Shown here in pieces: positions 39,477 through 50,142 of a stretch of 64,000 nucleotides of DNA. Position numbers and translations under genes: made by a program. Every line of letters begins with the position of its first letter. Position 1 is the stretch's first letter. Origin of the DNA: Perkinsela sp. CCAP 1560/9 (taxonomy: Eukaryota > Protista > Euglenozoa: Kinetoplastea); contig CBFFSA010000008.1 in NCBI GenBank assembly GCA_965644495.1, positions 310,001 to 374,000 of the forward strand. The letters run 5' to 3'. The notes under the pieces were generated by a model. That model searched no databases. It saw nothing but the letters and a program-made list of their open reading frames with translations, and was not told where the DNA came from.

Positions 39477-41672
39477 CTACAGCCGTTCTAAAACCTGGAT
39501 ACCTAAAAGATCAAGTGTGGTCCTAAGAACCAATCCACACACTTTAGTGAGAAGCAGCGCATCTGGGTTACCCACTATTTGCACTTTACCATAGAAATCA
39601 GTAAACTTACATACAAGAAAATAGGCGAAGTCAGTAAGACGGGAGGGCATTAATTCTTCCATGCCACGCTGCAAGTGCGCTTGAAAGCGGCACAAATGAA
39701 GAGCAAGGACTCGAGCCGTGGGATGAGAAAGCCTAAACCCAGTTTTTGGCATCTGAGTACCTTTTCCGGCTTTCCGCATCACGCCCTTTATCCGTACATA
39801 AGAGTACAATAAGTAAAGTGCCGTGTTCCCTTCTAATTCACACATTTTGTCAAAACTAAATGCATAGTTGCTCTTTCTGTTCTGTTTGAGGTCACAATAC
39901 TTAATGGCAGAGATTCCTAACACTTCAGAATTGTGTTTAATTTGATCTTCAGAAAAGCCATGAGGGTTCGTATCCTCTCTTCGCTTTGTAATGTCGTAGC
40001 ATCGGCCCACGGCTTCATCCATGAGGTCGTTCAAGCGGACGGTATCACTGCTCCGTGTGCGGAAGCGCTTTCCATCGAGCCCTGTGACTAATCCAAAACC
40101 GAGATGTGCCACAATGCATGACTTTGTCCACCCCATTTGGTCAGCCGCGGAGTTGATCAAATCGAAGTGCCCTGATTGGCCAACGTCTGTTATAACAATT
40201 ACGCGATCCGCTTTTAAGACTTGGGACCGGTACCATATTGCGGCCATATCTGTTGTATCGTACGTGTAACCACCGTCACGCTTTGCTACAATAAGAGGAT
40301 AGGAAAACTGTGGTGCGTGCAAGACGTCGTCCTTCAAAACACCCTTATTTACAAAAAGCTGCAGGAGCGCGTTGTTCGTATCCTTGCCAGTGCCAAGAAA
40401 AGGGTGGCAAAGTTTAGCGAGCTTCTCACCGTCCACCTGCCAATCAATCTTTTCAATAGTTTTTCGTTCCTTTCCACCAAGACATATGGTTCCATCGGTC
40501 TCTATAATTCCGTGTTCCCTCATTATAGAGTGTAAACCATCTTCTTGGGCAAAATTCGCAAAAGAATATACAAACGAACGAATCAATTCGCTCTTTGTGG
40601 CTTCATCAATCGGAACCTTGGTCGTCGGCATTATGACCTTGGCACCATCTGACAGCTCTGTGACCATCCCCGCATCTTGACACATTTGAAGTACTTGAGG
40701 AATCTTATCTCGGTAGAAGCTCTCTCCAAATTCCTTGAGTTCAATATTAAGACGATGATAAACTTTTTCAAACTCCACGCGACTTGCGTCGCATAGAATA
40801 TGCCAGGCAGCCACCGCTTCATTGTCACCTCGTTGTAAGGAAACGACCTCTGCATAAGCACGGGATCGAAACTCAGTGTCTGCGTCAAATTCCACTTTGG
40901 ATTGCTTATAAAACGCTCCAAGATCTTGTATGGGTGGGGGATTTGTCAAACAATCAGGGTATTGCCTCTTGAGATATGCAATCAACATACCAAATTGCGT
41001 ACCCCAATCACCAACATGATTGACCCTGTGAACATTGTGTCCACAAAACTCATACATGCGGCATATGCAATCCCCAATGATGGTGGACCGAAGGTGTCCG
41101 ACATGCATATCTTTCGCAATGTTGGGGCTACTGAAATCAACGACAACCGTTTCTTGCTTTGACGTGGAGGTCTCAAGACCTTTCCGATTCAGTCGCATCA
41201 TCGCATTGCAAAGATACTCAAGTGAAATATTGAAGTAAATAAAACCTCTTTCGTCAGTTGTCACCCCTTCAAGAAACTCATTGTCCGGCAAGTGACCCAC
41301 AATAGATTTCGCTACGGACTTTGCGGGCATTCCTAGTCGTTTCGCCAAAGTCATTGCATTGTTACATTGGTAATCGCTAACCTTACTAGGAGCGAGCAGC
41401 ACTTTTGGTAAATCTTCTCTCAAACTTGGAAAGGCATTCGCAAAGGCTGATTCAAGAGTAGAGCATATCTTTTCTTCAACATGCTGATACCCATCCCGAG
41501 TCTTGCACTGCGCTGATTTCCTACCACAGCATGCTTGGAAGAAAGTAGCCAGAGTGTGCGTCAGACTCTGGAAGACTTTGCCGGACATTGATAGTTTAAG
41601 GAAAAATATAGGGGGGATCTTACGAACTATGAAAAACAACCGAAAAGACAATTCAGCCAACGATTGCGTCAT
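39477..41672 (-). CDS. RARS: Arginyl-tRNA synthetase (start may be 41588)
   Basis: DFSSPNIAKDMHVGHLRSTIIG, GDWGTQFG, KRDGGYTY, KRFRTR, GNTALYLLYSYVRI. Confidence 0.98.
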   Translation of the reverse strand: MTQSLAELSFRLFFIVRKIPPIFFLKLSMSGKVFQSLTHTLATFFQACCGRKSAQCKTRDGYQHVEEKICSTLESAFANAFPSLREDLPKVLLAPSKVSDYQCNNAMTLAKRLGMPAKSVAKSIVGHLPDNEFLEGVTTDERGFIYFNISLEYLCNAMMRLNRKGLETSTSKQETVVVDFSSPNIAKDMHVGHLRSTIIGDCICRMYEFCGHNVHRVNHVGDWGTQFGMLIAYLKRQYPDCLTNPPPIQDLGAFYKQSKVEFDADTEFRSRAYAEVVSLQRGDNEAVAAWHILCDASRVEFEKVYHRLNIELKEFGESFYRDKIPQVLQMCQDAGMVTELSDGAKVIMPTTKVPIDEATKSELIRSFVYSFANFAQEDGLHSIMREHGIIETDGTICLGGKERKTIEKIDWQVDGEKLAKLCHPFLGTGKDTNNALLQLFVNKGVLKDDVLHAPQFSYPLIVAKRDGGYTYDTTDMAAIWYRSQVLKADRVIVITDVGQSGHFDLINSAADQMGWTKSCIVAHLGFGLVTGLDGKRFRTRSSDTVRLNDLMDEAVGRCYDITKRREDTNPHGFSEDQIKHNSEVLGISAIKYCDLKQNRKSNYAFSFDKMCELEGNTALYLLYSYVRIKGVMRKAGKGTQMPKTGFRLSHPTARVLALHLCRFQAHLQRGMEELMPSRLTDFAYFLVCKFTDFYGKVQIVGNPDALLLTKVCGLVLRTTLDLLGIQVLERL

Positions 41673-41809
41673 ATTTTCATGCCCAACTATTCAACAAATA
41701 CAAAGTTGTATGATATTCACCAAAAAATGTTTAATACCCGGATACGAGCTCCGTTACGACTTAGCCTATTCGTTAGTAAAAATATTGCATGTTAGTAATG
41801 CTTGTATGT

Positions 41810-42103
41810 CTACCAATGGTCCCTGTAGCCAAGTCTATAATTCCATCTATTAGTTTTACGGTATTTTGCACGCACAGCTTGTATCTTCCGACTGGCATCC
41901 ATAAAGTCACGCGGTGCCTTCATCTTCTCGCGCTGAAATCTCCACTTACGTTTAAAATAATACCAATGAGCAAAACTTCGGCGTGAACAGGGGAACAAGG
42001 AGGACGCAGCCTTCCCATAATGGATCGAATGGACGAGCGAAGGCACCAAGCTACTGGAGTTGAAGCTTGCCTTCGAAAAATGACGCAGATAACATTTTAA
42101 CAT
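41810..42103 (-). CDS. Small basic protein, probably mitochondrial (mitoribosomal-like)
   Basis: MLKCYLR presequence; K/R/W-rich C-terminus. Confidence 0.55.
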   Translation of the reverse strand: MLKCYLRHFSKASFNSSSLVPSLVHSIHYGKAASSLFPCSRRSFAHWYYFKRKWRFQREKMKAPRDFMDASRKIQAVRAKYRKTNRWNYRLGYRDHW

Positions 42104-42391
42104 TATAATTATTGGGTCATAACAGGAGCTTTTTGTGTGATAACCAATGTTATTGAAGAATATTAGATACAATCTATTTCACGCACGCTATGTGTATTAT
42201 GATGCTCATACTAGATGGAGGTTTATGAGTATCCACAAAGTCTATTCAAATTTTCATTAAAACGTTGTCAATGTCTTCTATCATACATACATGCATGTCA
42301 CGCAATATCATACATCGAACCACCAGAGGTCTTTTGCAAAGACCTCTACAAACCATGCCGTCTTCTTCTCCACAGAAAGTATTTACATAGT

Positions 42392-42877
42392 TTATGAAGT
42401 CTGCGTCCCTTGTAACGCCATCTTATCAATAATTTTTACACATTTTTCCAGACTGTGGGCGTACGCCTCACGACACTGCAGTAAGACTACACTGGTAGGT
42501 CGACGCGAACCAGCAGCAAACCCCAGATCCCTTCGGCTGGGAACCCAAACGTAAGACAGTCCGGCTTGTTCCGCAAGCACGGGAATATGCGACACTACGT
42601 CGTACGGGGAGGTGTCTGCACCGAGTAGCACAATCGATCCAGGAGGGATGGATGCGGCTCCAGGCTTCTTGTTTGTTGCAGTAGTCAGTCGAATTAATTT
42701 TGTTACCTCCTTGATACCTTTGGGCACACCCCGCTTTTTGTTACGCTGGCGCGCTTCCTCCTGCACAGCCTCATGACATTTATGGACAAGAGAGTACAAC
42801 TTTGCAGTGAGCTTCGGGTGAGTGTCGGAAAAAGGATAGGAAATCGGGCAACGATACCGTCCTAACGTTTCTGTCAT
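42392..42877 (-). CDS. NHP2: H/ACA snoRNP protein NHP2 (L7Ae family)
   Basis: GIKEVTKLIR, LGADTSPYDVVSHIPVL, DLGFAAGSRRPTS. Confidence 0.88.
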   Translation of the reverse strand: MTETLGRYRCPISYPFSDTHPKLTAKLYSLVHKCHEAVQEEARQRNKKRGVPKGIKEVTKLIRLTTATNKKPGAASIPPGSIVLLGADTSPYDVVSHIPVLAEQAGLSYVWVPSRRDLGFAAGSRRPTSVVLLQCREAYAHSLEKCVKIIDKMALQGTQTS

Positions 42878-43038
42878 GGATATTTAGAGCGAATGAAAAA
42901 GAAGGATGGTTTGGGAATCTTGTTTTATAGAAAATGTTTCGGTAACACAGAAACTATTGTATAGCGGAAAACACAGTAAAACAAATATAGTATGTGTATT
43001 TCATGCAGACATTCTCATCTGAGTTATCCTGTCCTTCC

Positions 43039-44628
43039 TTACTCACCCGAAGACGACCAAAGTGGGGGCAAAATTTCAATTCGGTGTTCCAACCATGATA
43101 ACGCCACCTCACGGTACGACAGCTCATGAAACGACGGGTGCGGAATACGAGCCCCGTGAGGAGCCGTTCTAAATTTTGTTCCGTCGGGCATGTCCCTAGT
43201 ACTGGATGGCGCAGCTGAATTCTCATCCTCATGCGACACACACGATGACGAAAAAATTTGTCCAGAGGGCTCCTCGACTGTATCGGGACGAAACACAACG
43301 GGAACAAACCCACGAGATTTGGGGACTCCCTCATACGTCTTGGAAGTATTCCCATAGGGATTCCCAGGTAAATCCAGACCTTCTTTGGGCGGCCTCTCAG
43401 GAATTCGCCTCGAATTCTGCAAGGAGGGAAGACAGCGGGCAATGTACGGCTGCGGGCCTACCAAAGAGGCCAATGGTATCTCCCCCCGCAGCTTTTGTCG
43501 CAGTGCCACAATCCGTTCCGTGGTGGGACCTAGATAAGACAGCAGCACTAGAGCCACGAGAAGATTGCGACAGTGAGTGGCGAGGGAGGCGAGATGTTGG
43601 TGGTCCTCTGTGGGGGGAGCGGGCATGACAGAACTGCTCACATTCACTTGACACCCCCAGAGGAAAATCTCCAGCTCCCCCACCATGGCCTCCACGACGT
43701 CGCTTTTTCCTTTGCTCATCACTTTATGGGCGTCCGCGACCAGTAGGTCCAGTCGCGCAAAGTCGTACGTGAACTCGAGATGGGGATTTCCGTAGAGAAC
43801 CCCAATCAAGGGCCCGAGCGAGTTAAACGCGGAGATGCCTTCTGTTTGTGTATCGAACGCATTCGAGACCATATCCCACAACACCGTTGGAATCACCAGA
43901 TCCCCCACCCACTCCGCCTGGTCAAACTCAAACGACCGTCCGGTGCTGTAATCCACACTGTGACGCAACACCCCCTGGTCCTTCAACAGCCCCGCGATCT
44001 TTCGGAACCGCCCACACAGCTCCTGCAAATTCACCGCCACCCCCGCCGGCAGCGTCCCCCCGGGCCCCCGCACCAGCACCGCGTACACCCACTCCTCCAG
44101 CAGCGAGTACGCCGAGCGCCCCCCGTGGTACTCCATCACCAGACAGAACAGGTTCTCGCTGAGGCGGTGCTTCCCCCACACCGCGTGGAGCGCAAAGTCC
44201 TCGACGTGGCGCAGCGGCTCCCCGCACAGGCGGCACTGGGCGCCGTCGAAGAGGGCCTCCGCGGTGAGCCGCGGGCGGTGCTTGAAGTAGAGCGCGCTGA
44301 TGGAGCAGGGCGCGGGTCGGGCCCTGCCGGCCTCCTCGCGGAGCAGCGTGAAGCTCTCGCGGGAGGCCTCCGCGGTGTGGGAGAGGCCGGAGAGGAGGGA
44401 GGCGGTGGCGCGGGGGGGAGCGGACCGGGCGTGGGCGAGAGAGGCAGCGAGGGCGTGGGGGGAGGCGGTGGGGGGAAAGGAGGGGGGGCCGGTGCCGAAG
44501 GGGGCGAGGGTTTGTCGGAAAAGGGTGGTGGAGGAAGGCCGCGTGGGGGGTGGGGGGTGGAGGAGACGGGAGATGTAAAAAGGTCGAGCGCATGTCGACG
44601 AATAGGGGCCATGGGATAGGTGTTTCAT
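43039..44628 (-). CDS. KREN-type RNA-editing endonuclease (U1-like zinc finger + RNase III)
   Basis: CRLCGE..H....H zinc finger; AEWVGD and KSDVVEAMVGE retain the four RNase III acidic residues. Confidence 0.78.
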   Translation of the reverse strand: MKHLSHGPYSSTCARPFYISRLLHPPPPTRPSSTTLFRQTLAPFGTGPPSFPPTASPHALAASLAHARSAPPRATASLLSGLSHTAEASRESFTLLREEAGRARPAPCSISALYFKHRPRLTAEALFDGAQCRLCGEPLRHVEDFALHAVWGKHRLSENLFCLVMEYHGGRSAYSLLEEWVYAVLVRGPGGTLPAGVAVNLQELCGRFRKIAGLLKDQGVLRHSVDYSTGRSFEFDQAEWVGDLVIPTVLWDMVSNAFDTQTEGISAFNSLGPLIGVLYGNPHLEFTYDFARLDLLVADAHKVMSKGKSDVVEAMVGELEIFLWGCQVNVSSSVMPAPPTEDHQHLASLATHCRNLLVALVLLSYLGPTTERIVALRQKLRGEIPLASLVGPQPYIARCLPSLQNSRRIPERPPKEGLDLPGNPYGNTSKTYEGVPKSRGFVPVVFRPDTVEEPSGQIFSSSCVSHEDENSAAPSSTRDMPDGTKFRTAPHGARIPHPSFHELSYREVALSWLEHRIEILPPLWSSSGE

Positions 44629-44881
44629 TTTGTATGGTAAAGTTAAGCCATGGGAGGGTTGTGGAATTCATCAAGAGGAGTGTTCGATGCTTTGCCCATC
44701 ATGACACGATGACCTTAGAGGTCGAATATCCGGTTTAGCATATGATTTTCAAGGAGTTGTTCGGAAAAATGCTCCCATCATGTGCGCCTGAACGAAACAG
44801 GTAGATATCCTAGATGAAAGTCCTAATTGTTGTACAATGAATGGTGTGCGAGTTCTAAAGTAGTTCTAAAGTCTTTAGCGC

Positions 44882-44943
44882 TACCTCTTTAAAAAAGAGG
44901 TATAATAAAAACTAAAATAATAGGTACCTCTTTTAAAGAGGTA
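44882..44943. repeat. Two copies of a palindromic unit
   Basis: TACCTCTTT(N1-3)AAAGAGGTA at 44882-44902 and 44925-44943. Confidence 0.75.
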
Positions 44944-45080
44944 TTATCCCCCTCATCACTTACAGCAGTACTGTTATGTTACAATAGCATACATGTGAGT
45001 ACACGTGTTAAACAATCCGCTTAATTGACAACTTAGTAAATCTGCAGCAGCATAGAGCATCAGTAAGAGTAGCAAACAAT

Positions 45081-46364
45081 TCAATTTTTCTTTTCCATTG
45101 GCGTAGACAATAACGAGTAATAGTCTTCGGTTAAATCCAAAACCCTTTGCTTGGTTCTATGTTTCAACGCAGAATGATGTGCTTCCCCTAAGGTTCCAGA
45201 ATTCAGACTCGATATCACGTTTATGGAAGTCGCATGAGAGGCTGGTAAAAGTCGCTCATCATGGAACCATGCGGTGTGAGTTCGTTTTTTCGTTGTATCG
45301 TAGTGCACACGATGTGAGGGATGTTGTCTCGTACGCTTTCGGTCGACGGCTTCGGCAGCAGCGTCGTTCGGATACTGACATACCAAGGCGGCTCCGTTCC
45401 CAAACCCAGGCAAGGCTATTTCCTTATCTGTCACTTTTAACCGTTGTGAAGAGAATCGATTATCATCATACAAATTCGTGTTTATGGTTCCTTTCAACTG
45501 TAGCCAAATGTCGCTTCCATTTTTTTGATCTTTAGCGCCTTCAACAAAATAATATACATGACGGAAACGGCTCTGGCATTGTAACCAAAATTCTCGTGCT
45601 TCTGGACTGTCCCACAAAGAGCAGCATACAACTGTGGAAGGCATCCAGTATTTCCTACTCACATTGAAACAGCTGCGCGTTGCGCGAACCGCTTCAAAAC
45701 TTGCATGTGATGGAAACGAGTTGTGGAAGAACATTTCGCGCATATCGCATATCACGTTGCTAATACCTCTATTCGGATGACACACATTGCCATGTAAATA
45801 AGCTGTTTCAACATCTGAACTGCGAGTCGGTTGGTAAGGGAGAATGGGAATTCCAGCCTCTTGCAGGAGTGAAGCAAATTTGATATCGGACTTCTCTTCC
45901 GTAACATCCATTTGCAGGAATTCGCATAGTGAGGGAAGATCCGCGGAACTCATAGATTTGCGATCAACACAGATTATGACAGGGAGAACCTCAGTAGCGT
46001 GATTCCAACTATCTTTATCATGCTTGTTGCGCATCGAGCTTCTTGATTGGTACTTTGTGGATTGAATTTGAGACACTATGCGCTGCGTCAACACTCCAGG
46101 ATGCGCACCAAATTCTACTATTGCATGAACGGGCTTCCTGGGCATGTCCGGTTCAGGCGAATCCATGAGACTTGATGCTCCTTTCAGTCCGGTTTGCGTG
46201 GGATAGCGACGTTGCTGACGCCTTGTTTCTTTGGTGTGCGACCTTTTGGAGAATAGGTATGGAAATAGGATTTCGTGCGGCGAAAGTATTGAGTACTTGG
46301 AAACTAATTCCTCTATATTAAAAAATGGGACTTCGCTCATTCGGATAGGAGGTCGTATTCGCAT
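45081..46364 (-). CDS. FtsJ/RrmJ-like rRNA methyltransferase-fold protein (start uncertain)
   Basis: IVEFGAHPG, ICVD, FLQMDVT, VICDM. Confidence 0.65.
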   Translation of the reverse strand: MRIRPPIRMSEVPFFNIEELVSKYSILSPHEILFPYLFSKRSHTKETRRQQRRYPTQTGLKGASSLMDSPEPDMPRKPVHAIVEFGAHPGVLTQRIVSQIQSTKYQSRSSMRNKHDKDSWNHATEVLPVIICVDRKSMSSADLPSLCEFLQMDVTEEKSDIKFASLLQEAGIPILPYQPTRSSDVETAYLHGNVCHPNRGISNVICDMREMFFHNSFPSHASFEAVRATRSCFNVSRKYWMPSTVVCCSLWDSPEAREFWLQCQSRFRHVYYFVEGAKDQKNGSDIWLQLKGTINTNLYDDNRFSSQRLKVTDKEIALPGFGNGAALVCQYPNDAAAEAVDRKRTRQHPSHRVHYDTTKKRTHTAWFHDERLLPASHATSINVISSLNSGTLGEAHHSALKHRTKQRVLDLTEDYYSLLSTPMEKKN

Positions 46365-46852
46365 GTTGCTATTACAACGAATAAAAAGTAATGTGAAAAG
46401 AAGTCTTAGACTACGTACACTGTAGTACTGCCACCCTATTTTTGCCATAGTGTGCTCATTTAAGGATATAAAATTGATCCAATAGTCTATTTGACGAATA
46501 GAACTAAGTGAAGTGGTAGAAGTGATGCATTCCCTTAAGACTACATACCTAACGCGTTGCTTCTGGCAATGCATTCCCCATAAACAGTTATTTGCAGCTC
46601 TCGGTAGTCCTGCGTACAAGTATACAAGTAGTTGTTGAGTATAGGTATAACATTCGTCAATTCTTGGTACTATCAATTCATACAGTTAAACCTTTGTAAT
46701 GACACGATATAATACAATACGCATACATGCGTGCATAATGCATTACTGTTACTGTATTAAAATTGCTACGTTATAATAAAATACATATCAACGGTAAGTG
46801 TACACCTACGCAAGAGCGTACACTTTGGACACGCTTCTCAAAACCAGAAAGA

Positions 46853-48007
46853 TCACACTTTTTTTACAATCTGAACCACGTCTTCATCTTCTAGCTTGTG
46901 ATCTTTACCGACTTTCTGAGGGTTGTGCCTCACGCTTCGGCCCCATACCCATGCGTATCGAAAGTTTTGCATCATTTGTTTGTGAATTTTCTGACAAAAG
47001 GTCTCCAAAGTTGGTTGGGGACTCGCTTTCAGGACTACAGGTGCTGCATAATCCGGAATATTGCCCTTCGGTTTTGGATACACGCGGCATAGATGAAGGT
47101 GCTCCCAAATGCAGTCCATAAGCCCATCCAGGTTCCACTCATGATGGGCACTGATTGGGCAGTTGTGCGGCATACGGGCGATAATATCCAACTCCTCGAT
47201 TGTAATCGAGTCAATCTTATTCATGACATAGATGGCAGGAACATACACTATGCGGCTTCCCCTCATGGTGGCGTCACTGGAGGAGACGTTATGCGCACCG
47301 CTCTCTAACACATCCACGAGTTGATCTACCGTGTAATCGCCCCGAATAACAACATCCACGGAGGCTAACTTGTACTCCGCCAGGACTGATTTAATCGCCT
47401 CTTCTGTGAGATACGTCAGCGAACAGGTCGAAGTGACGGTGATTCCTCCACGATCCTTTTTTCGCACCGTGATGTCCGGACGAGACTGATTCAGCCGAAT
47501 GCCAAATCCCTCGAGCTCACGCTCAATAATCAGTTTGTGCTGCAGTGGCTTTGCGACGTCAAGCACAATCAGAAGCAAAGAACAGGTGCGGGCAGTAGCA
47601 ATGACCTGACGCCCACGACCCTTCCCATCCTTCGCGCCTTCAATAATCCCCGGAAGGTCAAGCATTTGTATTTTCGCTCCATTGTGAGTGACAATTCCAG
47701 GCACGCAGGTTAGTGTGGTAAACTCATACGCCGCAACCTCGCTAAAAGAGGACGTTAATTTGTTGAGTAGCGTGCTTTTGCCTACACTGGGAAATCCCAC
47801 AAATCCGACCCGAGCGTCGCCCGTTTTCGACACGTCAAATCCGGGCATCTTACCCCCACCACTGGACTTGGCGTCTTGTGCCATCAGGTCCCGCTTCAAA
47901 GAGGCGAGTCTTGCTTTTAACTGCCCAATGTGGCCCATAGTAGCCTTGTTCTTCTGTGTGCGGGCCATCTCCGCTTCAATATCCGCAATCTTCTGCAAAA
48001 CGCTCAT
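46853..48007 (-). CDS. DRG1: Developmentally regulated GTP-binding protein (DRG1/RBG1)
   Basis: [35 protein letters not shown]-terminal TGS domain. Confidence 0.97.
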   Translation of the reverse strand: MSVLQKIADIEAEMARTQKNKATMGHIGQLKARLASLKRDLMAQDAKSSGGGKMPGFDVSKTGDARVGFVGFPSVGKSTLLNKLTSSFSEVAAYEFTTLTCVPGIVTHNGAKIQMLDLPGIIEGAKDGKGRGRQVIATARTCSLLLIVLDVAKPLQHKLIIERELEGFGIRLNQSRPDITVRKKDRGGITVTSTCSLTYLTEEAIKSVLAEYKLASVDVVIRGDYTVDQLVDVLESGAHNVSSSDATMRGSRIVYVPAIYVMNKIDSITIEELDIIARMPHNCPISAHHEWNLDGLMDCIWEHLHLCRVYPKPKGNIPDYAAPVVLKASPQPTLETFCQKIHKQMMQNFRYAWVWGRSVRHNPQKVGKDHKLEDEDVVQIVKKV

Positions 48008-48167
48008 GAGAAGAAACGAAGCTTGAAATATTAAGATTGATCTTTCCATAAAACATATAGTTGAATATTCCAACAATCAAAGTGTGTTGCATGTAAATGA
48101 AAGAAACAAAAATTAAGTAAATAAAACATTATTTTGATGGAATTAGACAAAGACCCATCGACGCATC

Positions 48168-48881
48168 TTAACACGTAGCGCCGCCAATATTGTTCTTGTA
48201 CTTCATATGCGCACTTTGTATGACGCAGGCGTCGCACAATCGAATTGGACGAACAGAAATTGGATAAATAACATGTCGTTCTTTGCTAGCTGTAAGACCT
48301 TCGCCTACGTAAAGTTGACCAAGACATCCCCTACACGATGCACAATGCAAGACGTTTTGAGGTCTTATAACGGATGAAGGCTGAAAAGTTCCGACGCTGA
48401 TCCTGGATGAAGCGCTCTCAACGCATCCTTGATAACAACTAGAAAAATTTAACCAAGATTTTTCTTTTAGGCGAATCCGAGAGGATATATCGTAAACAGG
48501 GAGAAAGCAACCTGAACATGCAAAGTACACAATAGAAGATTGAACGCACTTATCGCATGTTTTAGATGACGACGTGTGTATGGAAGAACTATGACCGCAT
48601 ATAGTTTCTGATTCTGTAGAGCGCCTAGAAGAAATCAAGTTCCATTTTTTGCGAGTACTTCTCATTTTTCTGATACCTACTTTGTCAACAACCTGTGGTA
48701 CAGGGGTGCAGTTTTCAGTTTTATCCGAGATGTTAAAATGAGAAGCAGGAATTTGGAACGGTGCCTGTGATCTACCTTGCCGCAGGACTTCATATTGAGC
48801 AGGGAACAACAGTTGTTCCCATTGCAACTCCGACTTGGTACATATTGGAATCGGTGCTCCAATCACTTTTCTGAATGACAT
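48168..48881 (-). CDS. Methionine-R-sulfoxide reductase (MsrB/SelR)-like protein
   Basis: QYEVLRQG, CSGC, SWLNF, CASCRGCLG..GEG; catalytic RxCxN replaced by RHVIY. Confidence 0.7.
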   Translation of the reverse strand: MSFRKVIGAPIPICTKSELQWEQLLFPAQYEVLRQGRSQAPFQIPASHFNISDKTENCTPVPQVVDKVGIRKMRSTRKKWNLISSRRSTESETICGHSSSIHTSSSKTCDKCVQSSIVYFACSGCFLPVYDISSRIRLKEKSWLNFSSCYQGCVESASSRISVGTFQPSSVIRPQNVLHCASCRGCLGQLYVGEGLTASKERHVIYPISVRPIRLCDACVIQSAHMKYKNNIGGATC

Positions 48882-49407
48882 TTGTAACCTGATTTAGTGC
48901 ATGAGTAGGCGCGTAAAAACGTTCAGAACTGCTTACATACGGTACTTTAGGGGATTCATGTACGTGATGCGTGGCAGAAAATTCTTATCAAACTGTTTCA
49001 AAACATACGCGTGGCATCAAAAGTCCAAAATAAACTTTGTCAGCAGTAAATTCTACAAAGTACATTTACATTGTATAAAAAACTGCACGTCCAGGGTGCC
49101 AGGAGGTGCCACTCATAGTCAAGGAACAGGATTTTGGTATGTCGGTTACATTATCAACAAACTATATTTTCCATATACGACGCATTCTTGACATAGTTTA
49201 GGTAGTAATACTAGCTATACTAGCTATACTAAGTAGACTAGACGTGACGTGCTACAAAAATGTGTATGTTCTTTAATGAAAAAAATATGCTGGCGAAGAT
49301 ATGGAAACGTGCACGGAAACAAGCCCAGAGAAATATTAAAGCACACAAGTGGCCTGGCTGTGTTCATCACACATCAAGTGATGAGATCATCATAACTAGT
49401 AGACATA

Positions 49408-49729
49408 CCGTATACCCCCAGTAAGATACCCCCCCCCCCCCCAGTAAGAAAGATTTGGCCCTTTCTTGGGCTGACCCCCAGTAAAAGAGATTTGGCTCGG
49501 GAGCCCCACAGGAGGCGTATAGGGGGTAGGGGGTGGGTGTCTGCACGTTGGGGGACTCGGGGGTAACCCAAAGAAGCGTTTTAACACGTTTTCACAAGAA
49601 AAAATAGAAAAAATAGTCAAAAAAGTTGGGAGAAAAGAGGAAACTAGAGAAAAAAGCATACCCCCCCCAGTAAGAGAGATTTGGCCATTTCGACCCAAAA
49701 CCCATTCTCTTACTGGGGGGGGTATACGG
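49408..49729. mobile_element. MITE (322 bp), pogo-like TIRs, TA TSD
   Basis: TA|CCGTATACCCCCAGTAAGA ... TCTTACTGGGGGGGGTATACGG|TA; internal CCCCCAGTAAxAxAGATTTGGC repeats. Confidence 0.85.
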
Positions 49730-50142
49730 TAGTACCTTCGATCCACCCCCTCCAGCAACAGACCCCCCAGTAACAAGGATTTCGCTCGGCAAGGTGGTTG
49801 GAGTGGGTGTTTAGACGAGTGGGAAAAACGCGGCGGGGTGAGGGTAGTTGGACGGGACCGGAAGGTGTAGCTGCGGAGTTGGCTGGACGGAAAATCAGAG
49901 ATTCTTTCCCGGAGAGCCACACACTCCTGCCGTGCCAATAAACCGGAATTGATGCTTTGAATGACTGCAACTGTGGGTCAAGAAAAACGTAACTTATAGA
50001 AACTAGATCGAAAGTCAAACTCTTATCAACACGCACCTCTTTTTTCTTCAGATCAATCATTGAACCATTCCCGAGGCGCGCAGTAGCTGCCTTCTTGTTC
50101 ACCTTTTCGATATGGAGGAAGGAAATCTCTGGCGGAATAATA

